Under the pieces are notes generated by a model. The model worked only from the letters and a program-made list of their open reading frames with translations, did no database searches and was not told the origin of the DNA. Below are positions 12,318 through 24,729 of a stretch of DNA of 64,000 nucleotides, in pieces (positions within the stretch are counted from its first letter, which is position 1; each line of letters starts with the position of its first letter). This stretch comes from Octopus sinensis. Taxonomy: Eukaryota. The stretch covers positions 30,504,001 through 30,568,000 of the forward strand of contig NC_043009.1 of assembly GCF_006345805.1 (NCBI RefSeq), written 5' to 3'. Both the position numbers and the translations under genes were made by a program.

Positions 12318-13436
12318 AATATATATATATAGTCAGGCAAATACCAATTTCACTGAGTAAAATACCAAGGTTGGTTCTTTCAGATGGTCCGTTTCATGGC
12401 AAATTCCTTTAGCTCCCAACCGCTGTTACAATTTATTTCTTGAGTACTTGGAGTGTAAAGTAGAACATGCAGTTAGTGTGATCGAAACACGTGTCGGACA
12501 ATTATTATGAATAAACTAATTGGAGATAAACACAAATTTTAAATTTTAAATTCTTCATCCTCATAATAAACAATATTGTACCATATATATATATATATAT
12601 ATACACTATATACTATATAGTTAACTGCAGCTCTTAGTGGTCCAAATCGGATATGCATTCTATGTAGTTGTCTTTTCAAAATATTAACTGGTTTAAAAAG
12701 CCACATCAGACTGTGCACGTACAGGAGGTGCTCAAACCCTGCATAAGGAGCAGACAACTGTCTTATATGTATGTATGCATGCATATATATTATTGTTTCC
12801 CATCAAAAAGATTGTAATCATTTTAAGGAGAAGATATTGAATACAGTTTTCCTGAACAGTGATTATGTTTCCAAATTGTGTTGAATTTTGGTCTGATACA
12901 AATAAATTTAAGACATGTATCATAATTGTTAATAATGAAATAAAGTACCAATTTTATAATTCCTCAACTCTGTGAGTCTATCCATGGCAGGTGTGTAACA
13001 TGAGGTGAATGTCTTCGATGTTTAATAGTAGTTGTTTAAGTATTAATTGCTATATTTAATGAATCATTAGAAGTATGGGCATACGTCAGATTAAATGTTT
13101 CAAAGAATCGTATCTTCTTCCAAACAAATTGCTAAAAGTTACATAAAGGAGATACTAAATTTCTTATCGCAACTCGTACATGGCAAATATACTTAACTCT
13201 CACTTGCAGATATTCTTCGAATTCATAAGAAAAACAGCAATAAAGAATTACACCTTTACCTCATAGATTTCTTTATAAACTTTAAGAATATTTGAATTCA
13301 GTTGTATCTCAACAAGTTCTCACAGATATTCCTGAAAATTTTCTGAGTAATTATTTTATACTTTACACACACACGCACGCACACACACACACACACACAC
13401 GCACGTACATACATACTCACACACGTACACACACAC

Positions 13437-13494
<58 letters not shown>

Positions 13495-13502
<8 letters not shown>

Positions 13503-13640
13503 GGCGGGTTTCTTTCCATTTCCGTCTACCTAATCCACTCACAAAGCTTTGGTCGGCCTGAGGCTACAATAGAAGACACTTGCCTAAGATGCCAGGCAGT
13601 GGGACTGAACCCGGAACCATGTGGCTGGGAAACAGGCTTC
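13495..13640 (-). mobile_element. SINE family A, 5' half ending in a long (TG)n
   Basis: Head and core match family A. The adjacent (CA)n at 13365-13499 sits where the internal microsatellite lies. Confidence 0.85.
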
Positions 13641-14334
13641 TTACACATAGCCACTCCTGCATCATATAAGATTTCAAGATATTTGAAACTAACAGGATTT
13701 GGATGTCGCAGAAATCTCTGAAGCCATTATTTACTCTGTGAGACGGAAGAATTAAATTTGCTTTCAAATTTCTTTTTTCTTTTTCCTTTTTTTTTTAATC
13801 TTCAAAGTGTTAAAAGCTTAAAGGAGAAATTTCAGTGCGCTTAATTCTTTTTTTCCGGTTCACTGAGTTTACTTAAAGAAAGATTCATTTACCTTCAGTC
13901 TGGTGATTTAGCCTAAATGCATGCTATACAATGAATGCCACCGAGAGTGCCAGTGACACGATAGTAATGAAAAACTGAGAAATTAATTCTACTAAATAAA
14001 TAATTGAGCATTTCAAAATATAACTTTCGTGTGTGTGTGTGTGTGTATGTGTGTGTGTATGTGTGTGTGTAGGCAGATCGCGCTTCAAACCCAACTCAAT
14101 ATATGAAAATATACCTATATAAAAAATAATTCTATCAAAAGCAATAGAATGAATCATGAAAATAATATCTATAATGACCATAGAAATGTCCACACTGCTA
14201 CTGTCTTGCATAAATTTAGGAACCGTCACAGAACTGGTTTATTACGTTAAAGATTTCAACAACATCTCCGATTCAATTTCTTGCTTAGGGTTGTTAAAAA
14301 CGTAACAAACTAAGACTTAGTGCGAGGACAAACT

Positions 14335-14405
14335 GCTTCTGATGCTGTTGCTGCTGCTGCTGCTGCTACTACGACTACTACGACTATTACAACAACAACA
14401 ACAAC

Positions 14406-14499
<94 letters not shown>

Positions 14500-14500
14500 T
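14335..14500. repeat. Compound trinucleotide microsatellite (CTG/CTA/ACA/ATA)n
   Basis: Read directly from the sequence. It accounts for the poly-T/S/L/I ORFs here. Confidence 0.95.
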
Positions 14501-14549
14501 GTCTTTATTGACCACAAGAGCTGATTTATAATAATAAAAATAACTGTTC

Positions 14550-14697
14550 CAAAGTTTGCCACAGGAGCAGCGATTCTGGGTGAAGAGATGAATCGATTAC
14601 AGTGGTAAACTGATACTTAAATTATCGATTGCCAAAGGGTGAAAAGTAAAGTCGACCTCGGTGAAATTTGAACTCAGAAGGGAGCGACGGGCAATCG
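14550..14697 (-). mobile_element. SINE family B, diverged
   Basis: AAAGTCGACCTCGGTGAAATTTGAACTCAGAA is the reverse complement of the family B B-box region. Confidence 0.75.
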
Positions 14698-14799
14698 CGC
14701 AAGGGTTCAAACGGCTGTAAAGATCAGCTACTGAACAATAAAGCCATTATTGAAGACAGCTGCAGAAAGATGTGTCTACGTTTGACCTGGATCGGTTAC

Positions 14800-15872
14800 C
14801 GAAAGGCTTTTGGTAGTACTCCCCACACATGGATCCTATAATCACTAAGCATTAACAAAATAGCACCAATAATCATAAAATAAATAAAGCCTTCCATTAA
14901 TAAATGGCAGACAATGCTACATCTCCAGACAAAAGAGGGACTCATAAAAACCAATGCCATCTCCATTACAAGAGGAGTATTCCAGGGAGACACACTCTCT
15001 CCACTCTTTTTCTGATTGGCATTGGCACCTTTATCTGACATGATACAACTTTATACAACAGGATGCGAACGCAACTGCTACAGCAAAACCATCAGCCACC
15101 TCTTATATATGTATGATCTAAAACTGCACGCTACACATGATAAACAGCTGGAAGCTCAGCACTCAAAGCTGTGACTGAAGGATTTTTTATTGCAGCACAA
15201 GCTCAAAGCCTTCCCACCAGAAGTTACCAAAAACATGTAATGAAATGAAATACAGCAAGTAACTGCAGAAAATGTGGAGACGGGGATGAAACAATAAATC
15301 ATGTTGTCCTGGCTGCCCAGTTCTGGCTTAGAAGGAATATATTCACAGACACGACAGAGTTGGGACCTATATACACTGGGCGCTATGCAAACACTATGGA
15401 ATAACAACAGAACAAAGATAGTATAGGAACACGCCAGAAATACTCACAGAAAATTAGAAAGCAACCATACTCTAGGATATGCCAGTATATACAGATAGAG
15501 AAAGGCCAATAGGCTGGATATAGTTGTCAGAGAGCAGTAAGAAAAAAATGCTTTCTAATCGATGTATCTAGGCCAACAGATGGCAATGTTTCTTTAAAAG
15601 AAACGGAGAAACTTTCAACATACAAAGATCTGGAAATAGAGATAACTCGAATGTAGCGTCTAAAAACAGAAACACTTTTTTTCTTAGTATGCGCATTAAG
15701 AATGATAAAAAAATATTCAGTGAAATACATAACAAAAGCACCAGCACTAACAAATATATACATCATACAGAAAATAGCACTACTAGGTACCGCACACATC
15801 CTACATAAAACACTTTCAACACGGTAAAATAAGTGCATCACAACAAACCACATTACATACCCAAGGCACACA
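14800..15872 (+). mobile_element. R4/Dong-type (RLE) non-LTR retrotransposon relic with internal deletion
   Basis: Frameshifted translation gives KAFGSTPHTWIL, RGVFQGDTLSPLFF and HLLYMYDLKL (RT). It then jumps to TEGFFIAAQAQSLPTRSYQK, CRKCGDGDETINHVV (CCHC knuckle), ANRLDIVV/FLIDVS/KLSTYKDLEIEITRM (RLE) and IQKIALLGTAHIL. Confidence 0.85.
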
Positions 15873-16175
15873 AATGGTGCAAGCGCCACCCTGAGACTGT
15901 AACTGAGGGAGAAAATGTAACGATACTTTCGGACATTCCAATGTGTACCATCAAAGCAAATAAACTAGATTTTGTTATGAAAGACCCAAACAATAAAGTC
16001 TGTTTATTGATTGACCTGAGCATACCCAGTGACCATAATATCTCGGCAAAAGAATTTGATAAGCTCAGAAAATATAAATATTTGCTAATCGAGGTCGAAA
16101 AGATGTGGAATCTCAAGACAGTTACAATACCAGTGATTGGAGGAGCACTTGGAATGATCAAAAAGAAACTGAAGA
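15873..16175 (+). mobile_element. Second RLE endonuclease fragment, different subfamily
   Basis: ORF 15833-16267 contains HPETVTEGENVTILSD..IKANKLDFV..CLLIDLSIPSDHNISAKEFDKLRKYKYLLIEVEKMWNLKTVTIPVIGGALG, a PD-(D/E)xK-type RLE signature. Confidence 0.85.
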
Positions 16176-16691
16176 TAAAGAATGATCCATGCAAGTACAT
16201 TGTCTTAAGTGTTACTTCACAAAATAGGAATTTTCCAGAGGGGCTCGTTGTCCACTTTAATTTTTGATAGGCGTTGATTGTCGATAGCAATAACCTCAGT
16301 ATTTGGAAAAGTATTTTATGTTATGGATCACGGAAGTATTCTAACAAATAGCAGGAGTTATATTTCCTATCCCTTAACCTTAGTGCAAACCCAACGCCAC
16401 TTTTTATTTTTATTTTTCTTCTTTTTTTTTGTAATTTATGCACAGGGTCAGTAAATATTTCAGAGAGAATTAATCAATGAAATACACAACTGAACATAAC
16501 TGGTATTTCATTTTATCGAACCTACGACGAAAATGAAAATCTGAGGTCGGCAGGAATTGAAATGAGAACATCAAGAAACCGAGTAAATATTGCGTGGCAA
16601 ATCGACCAATAGAGTAACGGTTCTGGCATACAAAAGATATCGACAATCTGTGAAACATATTTCCTCTCAATATATACCATTCTTTTAATGT

Positions 16692-16905
16692 GGCAATCTA
16701 GCAGAAACGTTAGCATGCTGGGCGAAATGCGTAGCGGTATTTCATCTGCCCTCTGCTCTGAGTTCAAATTCCGCCGAGGTCGACATTGCCTTTCACCCTT
16801 TCGGGATCGATAAATTAACTGCAAGTTGCATACTGGAGTCGATCTAATTGACTGGACCCCTCCCCCAAAATTTCAGGCCTTGTGTCTAGAGTAGAAAATA
16901 ATATC
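16692..16905 (+). mobile_element. SINE family B
   Basis: GCAGAAACGTTAGCATGCTGGGCGAAATG..GAGTTCAAATTCCGCCGAGGTCGAC..CCCCAAAATTTCAGGCCTTGTG. Confidence 0.9.
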
Positions 16906-16982
16906 TACCACTCTTTTGGCTATGGTGTGTTAATTCCTACACACATCGCTATGAAACACATTTGTCTGGAAATCTCTAAACA

Positions 16983-17024
<42 letters not shown>

Positions 17025-17705
17025 TGTTTGAATGAATGAAATGGAAGCAAATGTATTAATTTTAAATATCATAATGTATTTTGGAACCTTGGAAAATTTT
17101 ATAAAGCGTCCATGCGTCGTTCTGCATATTTTTCGCCGTATAGTTCCTGGTTTTAATTATTTCTATGACTTTTCCCATTTTCCCACCGATCCCTTAGATT
17201 TTGAAATGCCACCCATGGGTATTTGTAGGGATATTTCTAAACGTTTGCATTGTGGAGAAACTTATTATAAATTAGAATAAAGCCATAAATTTATAGCTTA
17301 ATATTATAGCATGTACCCCTGAGTATGCTGTACACCGACACGCTCACACACATACAAACCTGTGTACATGCCTTAGCTCATATATATGAATGAATGTACG
17401 TATATACATGCATAATACACACATATACATACATACACACACATATATATATATACATATATATAAATATATATATATATGTATATGTATATATATAAAT
17501 GTATGTTTGTATGTATATATAAGTGCACATGTAGATGTGTGAGTGTGTGTGTGTGTATTTTTTGTGTGACATTTCCAGCAAATTGTTAAACGATATTGAA
17601 GATTGTATTAAAAATATATTGTTTAAGGAAAGCAGGAAAAAATTAGCATGACTTTATGAAAAGAGCAAGGAAGGAAGCGAGAAAAAGGCAAAAGCAAAGT
17701 AGAAT

Positions 17706-17741
<36 letters not shown>

Positions 17742-17946
17742 CACATTCTCTGTAGAAACATATATTTGTTTCGCGTTGCATTTATCAATACTATTAATAA
17801 GGGTACAACAAATACCAGCGTATTTTCTCTGAAATGCGTGCATGTATATAAGCATATGCATGTGTACATATATGTCTGCGTGTGTGTATTTATATATATA
17901 TATATATGTATGTATATGTCTGTGTTTATATATATATTTATATATT

Positions 17947-17984
<38 letters not shown>

Positions 17985-18029
17985 TATATATATATGTAAA
18001 TATATATATATATATATATAAACACAGAC

Positions 18030-18078
<49 letters not shown>

Positions 18079-18098
18079 CACACACGCACACAAACATA

Positions 18099-18138
<40 letters not shown>

Positions 18139-18256
18139 CATAAACGGAAATATTTACAAATTATTTTCAAAGATTTAGGTATGTGCATCTCTATACGCAA
18201 TGTTTTAAGGGTATGCATTTTCATTTCTCCCTTTTTCTCGCTGCACAAGGAAGCAT

Positions 18257-18288
<32 letters not shown>

Positions 18289-19170
18289 TCCATGCAAATA
18301 AAAGCAGCGTAACATACTCAACAACGGTAATGGTCGATTTTCTCTGCTACTGTGCATACCAGATGTTAAAGGAGCAAGACATGTATTATGAAATTGTGCA
18401 ACTTATTCAAAATAAAGCCGAATGGTAAAACCTATTCATGAAACGGTCCCTGGTGCAGCACAAGATAGAGATTAGAAAACCCGGGATCGTATGATTGCTA
18501 AGCGAAGTCTTAACCACAGAGCCAGGTTCCACTATTGTGTCATGACTTAAGCAGAAATGACACATAACAATTATAGAGGAACTGCAAGAAAACTGAAGAC
18601 AAGCTGCTTGTAGATTAAATGATGCTCATAGATTGTAAGTGAAGTAAACTTTACAATGGCTTAGATAGATTGCCGCAAGGACAATCTATCTGTTGCACTC
18701 ATGAATTCTTGAATGTTTCAACACGGAGCCTACGAGGAACGTCAAAAGTGTTGCTTTTTACGTTGAGCTAAAATCATAAAACTTTGAAATACTGAACTCA
18801 CGTCGTATGGACGGAACTAAGGAAACGAGAGTGACATTTTTCAATGTGTCAGTGTTTCTCCATTACTATTTGTTTAGTGTATGATTCCTTTAACACTACT
18901 ACTACTGATAGCAGTACATGAGTTTAAAGGACAGTTCTATAAACAAGACCTGTACAAATTTTAGATTCATCGGTGCAGAAGGCACCGCAGAGTTTCAATG
19001 TTTCCATACACTAGTGAATTATATAAGTTATGAATACACATCCTCCAGAGGGCGTTGAATACACATTCTTTGATGACGAAAAACAACGTATTTAAAATCT
19101 GCGAGAACTTATTGAGAATGAAAACAATATTTTATTGGTATAATTTAAAGATTTCAATAGTTAGTTATAC

Positions 19171-19775
19171 CAAGGCAGCGAGCTGGCAGAAATTTTAGCA
19201 TGCCGGGCGAAATGCCTAGCGGTTCAAATTCCGCCGAGGTCGACTTTGCCTTACATCCTTTAGGGGTCGATAAATTAAGTACCAGTTACGCACTGGGTCG
19301 ATATTATCGAATTAATCCGTTTGTCTGTCCTTGTTTGTCCTCTCTGTGTTTAGCCCCTTGTGGGTAGTAAAGAAATAGGTATCTCGTCTGTCTTTACGTT
19401 CTGAGTTCAAATTCTGCTGGGGTGGACTTTGCCTTTCATCCTTTCGGAGTCGATAAATCAAATAGGAGCTGTGTATTGGGATCGATCTAATCGATTGGCC
19501 CCCTCCCCAAAAATGTTGTGCCTTGAGTAGAAAACAATATTTTGTTATACCAAGGCGGCGAGTTGGCAGAATGGGTAGCACGGCGGGAAAGCTACTTAGC
19601 GGCATTTCATCCGTCTTTTTGTTCTAAGTTCAAATTTCGCCGAGGCTGGCTTTGCCTTATATTCTTTCGAAGTTTATAAAATAAGTACAAGTTGGGCACT
19701 GTTGTTTAAGCAATCCACTTACTCTTCCCCTAAATTTTCTGACCTTGTGTCAATACTTCCAAACCAATATTAGTT
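19171..19775 (+). mobile_element. Cluster of three head-to-tail family B SINE copies
   Basis: Heads or B-box blocks at ~19171, ~19400 (variant with a different 5' part) and ~19551. Confidence 0.85.
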
Positions 19776-19994
19776 ATGTCTTGGTTCAATAATGCGGACT
19801 TTGAATTACATACTTTAGAAGTCAATAAAAGAAATACGTGAATAACCGCCGGAGTTGAGGTTACCGAATGTATGTTTTTTCCAAAATTGTTATCATACAC
19901 TTAATTTTATAATTCTTATTTATAATAATTAGCCGTGGCACAATGCTAGGAATAGGTGGCTTCTTTAAACTTGTAATTCATAGATTTAAAAACC

Positions 19995-20222
19995 AACATT
20001 ATTTACATTTGATGGATATTTGTCTTCATCTTGTTTGTTGTTAACACAAAATTTCGTCTGATATAACCTCCAGCCTTCATCAGGTGTCTTGGGGAAATTT
20101 CGAACCTGGGTTCTCATTCCTAAGGTATTTTTGATGTTGTTGTTGTTATTCAGGTTACAGTCTGGAATCGAACTCGGAATCTTGGGGTTAGTAGCACGCG
20201 CTCTTAACCACTATGCCATATG
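19995..20222 (-). mobile_element. Family C element: tRNA head plus Penelope-like hammerhead tail (left, inverted copy)
   Basis: Reverse complement reads GCATATGGCATAGTGGTTAAGAGCGC..GAGTTCGATTCC (A/B boxes), then ACAC-CTGATGA-A-GGCTG..CAGAC-GAAA-TTT-T-GTGT, then ..ATCAAATGTAAATAATGT. Confidence 0.85.
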
Positions 20223-20233
20223 CCCTAACCACA

Positions 20234-20326
20234 CGCATATGGCATAGTGGTTAAGAGCGCAGACTACTAACCTCAAGATTCCGAGTTCGATTCCAAGTAG
20301 TGACCTGAATGATAATAATAATAATG

Positions 20327-20363
<37 letters not shown>

Positions 20364-20642
20364 TAATAATAATAATAATAAATGCCCTGATGCAGTACCA
20401 GGATGCCCTGATGCAGTACCAGGATGCCCTGATGCAGTACCAGGATGCCCTGATGCAGTACCAGGATGCTCCGATGCAGTACCAGGATGCCCTGATGCAG
20501 TACCAGGATGCCCTGATGCAGTACCAGGATGCCCTGATGCAGTACCAGGATGCCCTGATGAAGGCTGGAGGGTATATCAGCCGATACGTTGTGTTAACAA
20601 CAAACAAGAAGAGGACAAATATCCGTCAAATGTAAATAATGT
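20234..20642 (+). mobile_element. Family C element (right copy) with (ATA)n and 21-bp minisatellite insert
   Basis: Same head and tail as the left copy, in opposite orientation, about 11 bp away. Confidence 0.85.
20382..20560 (+). repeat. 21-bp minisatellite ATGCCCTGATGCAGTACCAGG x8 plus partial
   Basis: Eight full units from 20382 to 20549 (unit 5 is a variant), then ATGCCCTGATG running into the hammerhead core. Confidence 0.97.
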
Positions 20643-21206
20643 CTTAAATATAGAACTGTATCAACATTATTGTCTTATTCCATGGGCTATGAACTTAGCA
20701 ACAAGGTAATTCTATCAGTGATATATTGCACAGAGTTGAATACATTATATCCAAAAACATTAGCAGCTTTAAAATAGATTTATATTCCTTAAAATGAAAA
20801 GCATTCAGTGCAATTATATTTCCTTGGCCTGGCTAATTAATTCACTGCTATAGTAGCCATGTTTCTGAAAGATCTCGTTAAGAAATTAATTCCATGCTTT
20901 GATCTACCATTCATTTCCATAGCAGATTAATTTTAATCTCTTTATTAATTTATTATACCTGAGATTAGGTAATCCAAACTAATTTGAAACTGTTTAGCTA
21001 TCAAATGCACCTCGGCATCAAGTAATTAACATGAAGTAGTTATATAAACCTACATAATAATCTGACGTTGGCAAATTCAAAATCATTGGATTAGTAAATA
21101 GAGAGTAATTGAATTCGCAATACACCGTTTAACAAAGGCAACTCCACTTCAGCAAATATTGTCTATGCTATTCTAAATTTTTTATCAATTATTATTAGTG
21201 TTACCA

Positions 21207-21800
21207 AAGGCAGCGAACTGGCAGATTCATTAGCACGCCGGGCGAAATTATTGGCGGTATTTCGCCCATTGCTGTGCTGTGTGTTCAAATTCCTGCGAGG
21301 TCGACTTTGTCTTTCATCATTTCGAGGTCGATAAATGAAGTAACAGTTGCGTACTGGAGTTGAGATAATCGACTTTCCTCCTCTCACCAACATTTTGGGC
21401 CTTATGCTCAGAGTAGAAAAGAATCGTTAGCACGCCGGGTGAAATGATTAGCGATATTTCGCCCGTCGCTACGTTCTGAGTTCAAATTTCGCCGAGGTCG
21501 ACTGTGTCTTTCATTCTTTCGGGTCGATAAATAAAGCGCCAGTGAAATACTGGGGTCGATGTAATAGACTAGTCCCCTCAACCAAAATCAAACTACAGTA
21601 GAAAGGATTATTAGAGTTACCTAAAGTGGTGAGCTAACACAATCGTTAGCACACCAATAATGCTTCACAGCATTTCGTCCGGGTTTACGTTCAAAATTCC
21701 GTCGAAGTCGACTTAGACATTTATCCTTTCGGAATCAATAAAATAAGCACTGGTTAAGAATTGGTGTCGATGCAATCTACTACTCCCCACCTTCACTCAC
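21207..21800 (+). mobile_element. Cluster of three head-to-tail family B SINE copies
   Basis: Copies start at ~21207, ~21421 and ~21625, each with a TTCAAATT..GTCGAC block. Confidence 0.85.
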
Positions 21801-22598
21801 AACCACTAGTTTCTGGGCGTAAGCCGAAAGCAGCAAAAATTGGTAGAGTTACGCCGCATTTGTTGATTTTCAATTTAGAGCACGGCTAGAAGGCGCGCCC
21901 TGGATACAATCTCATTCGAACAAGGTTTTGAACTTATATTACACATTTGAAATCATTGTTATTATTTGTTATTAGTATCACTTCATTCCATTTGTGTGTG
22001 TGTAGTTCTAAAGAACTTAATGATGCATTATGTTAACGAAAGCTAGTATACGACTTAGTATATAAGCAATATATACAAATATATATTTATTTACACACAT
22101 ACACGAATGTACGCAAAATCGTCAAACGTACACACACACACGCACACACATGTATATCTGTATATGTTTATATACGAACACACATGAATACACACAGATA
22201 CACATATGTATATATAGAAACACACATATATATGCACAAACATACTGATATACACACACAGGCACGCACATAAATATATTCCTATATATATATGTATGTA
22301 TGTGTCCGTCCGTTAGTGCGTGTTCCTTATTGTGTCTTCTCGCTATCACACATACATTGACGACCTCATGGGGATTGACATTTGTTTGTCATGCAACAAA
22401 CTAAATATCACCAAGCAGAACATACATTTCTGCGACTCTTAATTCTTTGTAATATGATGTTTGGATCTTTCGTGTGTGTGAATTTGAATTAATAATCATT
22501 GAATTATTAGACGATTAACTGATGCTTTGCAAAATAACTCATATACAATTTTTTTCTTATTTCACATATATGTACGTATGCATATATACATATGTATG

Positions 22599-22641
<43 letters not shown>

Positions 22642-22672
22642 TATATATAGACATACACACACACACACACAC

Positions 22673-22727
<55 letters not shown>

Positions 22728-23497
22728 CACGCACACTCACATATATAAATAAGCATGCACACACACACGCTCGCATACACACACACTCACATATATATAT
22801 ATAAGCACACACACGTATATTTTCGTTCTTTCTTTTATATTTTTTGCTACTATTCACCACGTAGAATTTGTTTCTCGAACCGCCTCTCTCTCTTTCTACC
22901 CTCTCTCTCCTTCTCTCTTTGCCTGTCTGTCTGTTTCCTCCCCCCCCCCCCTTCACTCTCTCTCCAAATACCGTTCTCTTATTGGGCAAAAATAACCAAA
23001 CTTTAAACCGCTCCACCGTTTTTCTAAAATGTCTTTTCTGGAATTACAATATCAGATTCACCGTGAAGAATTACATCAGCATATCAAATTTGAAAATTTT
23101 CTCTTAATTTGAAGTTTTCAAGATGTGTGAGTCAAACAAGACATTCTCAAGTGATATAAACTGTAATAAGGAAGTCAAACCAAATAGTGATGTTATGAAA
23201 TCATTTAATACGTAAGCTTCAGGACAGCCTTAATAAATAACTGGAAATGCATCCATTAGATATAAATTTCCGGAACTGAAGCATTTTTTCTTATCTATTA
23301 ACAAACCTGAAGCCTACATGTTAAATAATTTCAAAATATATCACTATTTGATTTGACTTCATTATTGTAACTTACCTTTTATAAAAGCCAATCACACAAA
23401 AAAAACGAATGGCCACTGAAAAGGTGATAAAACTGGTGGTGCCCTAGCATGGCCGCACCTTTCAGACTGGAAAGCGTAAGAAAATAAAAGAATAAAG

Positions 23498-23567
<70 letters not shown>

Positions 23568-23569
23568 AT

Positions 23570-23775
23570 AAAGTTAATCCAAACATGAAAACACAAAGAG
23601 AAAACACAACAACGCGAGGACGTGGAACGAATATAGTATTATTGGACGCTCAGGAAGGAAGGGAAGAAGGAGGGTTTTACGTTTCGAGCGGAGCTCCTCG
23701 TCAGAAACATAGGAAAAGGAAAGATCCAAAGAAGGGAAGACGAAGGGAAAAAAATCGCCAACGGTACACACGCGA
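23570..23775 (-). mobile_element. Family D repeat with intact minimal hammerhead
   Basis: Homologous to the 6790 and 28760 copies. Confidence 0.85.
23674..23708 (-). ncRNA. Minimal type I hammerhead ribozyme motif
   Basis: Minus strand GTTT-CTGACGA-G-GAGC(TCC)GCTC-GAAA-CGT-A-AAAC: 4-bp stem I, intact core with one extra nucleotide after A9, 4-bp stem II, palindromic ACGT stem III, GUA cleavage triplet. Confidence 0.7.
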
Positions 23776-24440
23776 TATATATGTATATACACTGATATAT
23801 TTAAGTATAGACACACATTTATGCATTTCCATGGATTTAACAAATCAAGTAAGCTGAAACCTCGAAGTTAATATCTTTTATATAAATATAGACTCAGTTG
23901 AAAACTATTGATAGAACTTTCAAATTAGCATTGAAATGCCTTTATATGGTGAAGACTCGTAGTTCAGGGGTTTGGGTGTTACAATCGCGAGGTAATAATT
24001 TCGAGTCTCACACCAGCTCTTCGTTGCTACCTTGAGCAAAACACTTCATGTTGCATCAGTTCAGTCAAATGGGTCACTCTGTGGTAGATTGGCGTACAAA
24101 GATAAGATGGTGACTCAGAACAATCCCCTGAACAAAGATTCACCTACCATTTTTTAAATATTTGTCGATCGAAAGGATTCACAGAACAACCTGTACTGTC
24201 GATCCGTCCATCCATCCATCCGTCTAGCTTCTCCACCCACTAAAGCTGATGGTTCTTTGGAGTATTGTTCACAGACATTTCTACCATATACCCCTACGAG
24301 AAGCACCGTCATTTCAATTTCCCACTAAATTTCTAAGACTGACCGCCTGGGACTATGGATTTCATACAACCATCTTATTCTTTGTCCAATCGTAGAGTTC
24401 TGCTGATCTATCTATCTATCTCTTTCTCTCTCTCTCTATG

Positions 24441-24486
<46 letters not shown>

Positions 24487-24685
24487 ATATACATATATAT
24501 ATATATTGGTATATTTCTTTTGTTATTTCTATCTTTATTACAATAAACTCTTAGATTAGCGAAATGATATATGCTTCTTGATGCAGGTAAAGATATGAAG
24601 GAACAAATTCCATCGCAGATCAAGCCTTGAATATTGTCACTTATGTGGCTGTGCATATGTACACACACACACAAACACATACACA

Positions 24686-24729
<44 letters not shown>

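Noticed and set aside
18590-18700. Hammerhead at CTGAAGA-CAAGC-T-GCTTG, within a cluster of hairpins
   Set aside because: The stem is followed by TAGA rather than GAAA, and no stems I or III could be built.
20309-20635. ORF with (QYQDALM)8 repeats as a real protein, or the array as CRISPR-like
   Set aside because: The units are contiguous with no unique spacers, sit inside a SINE, and the frame starts in (ATA)n.
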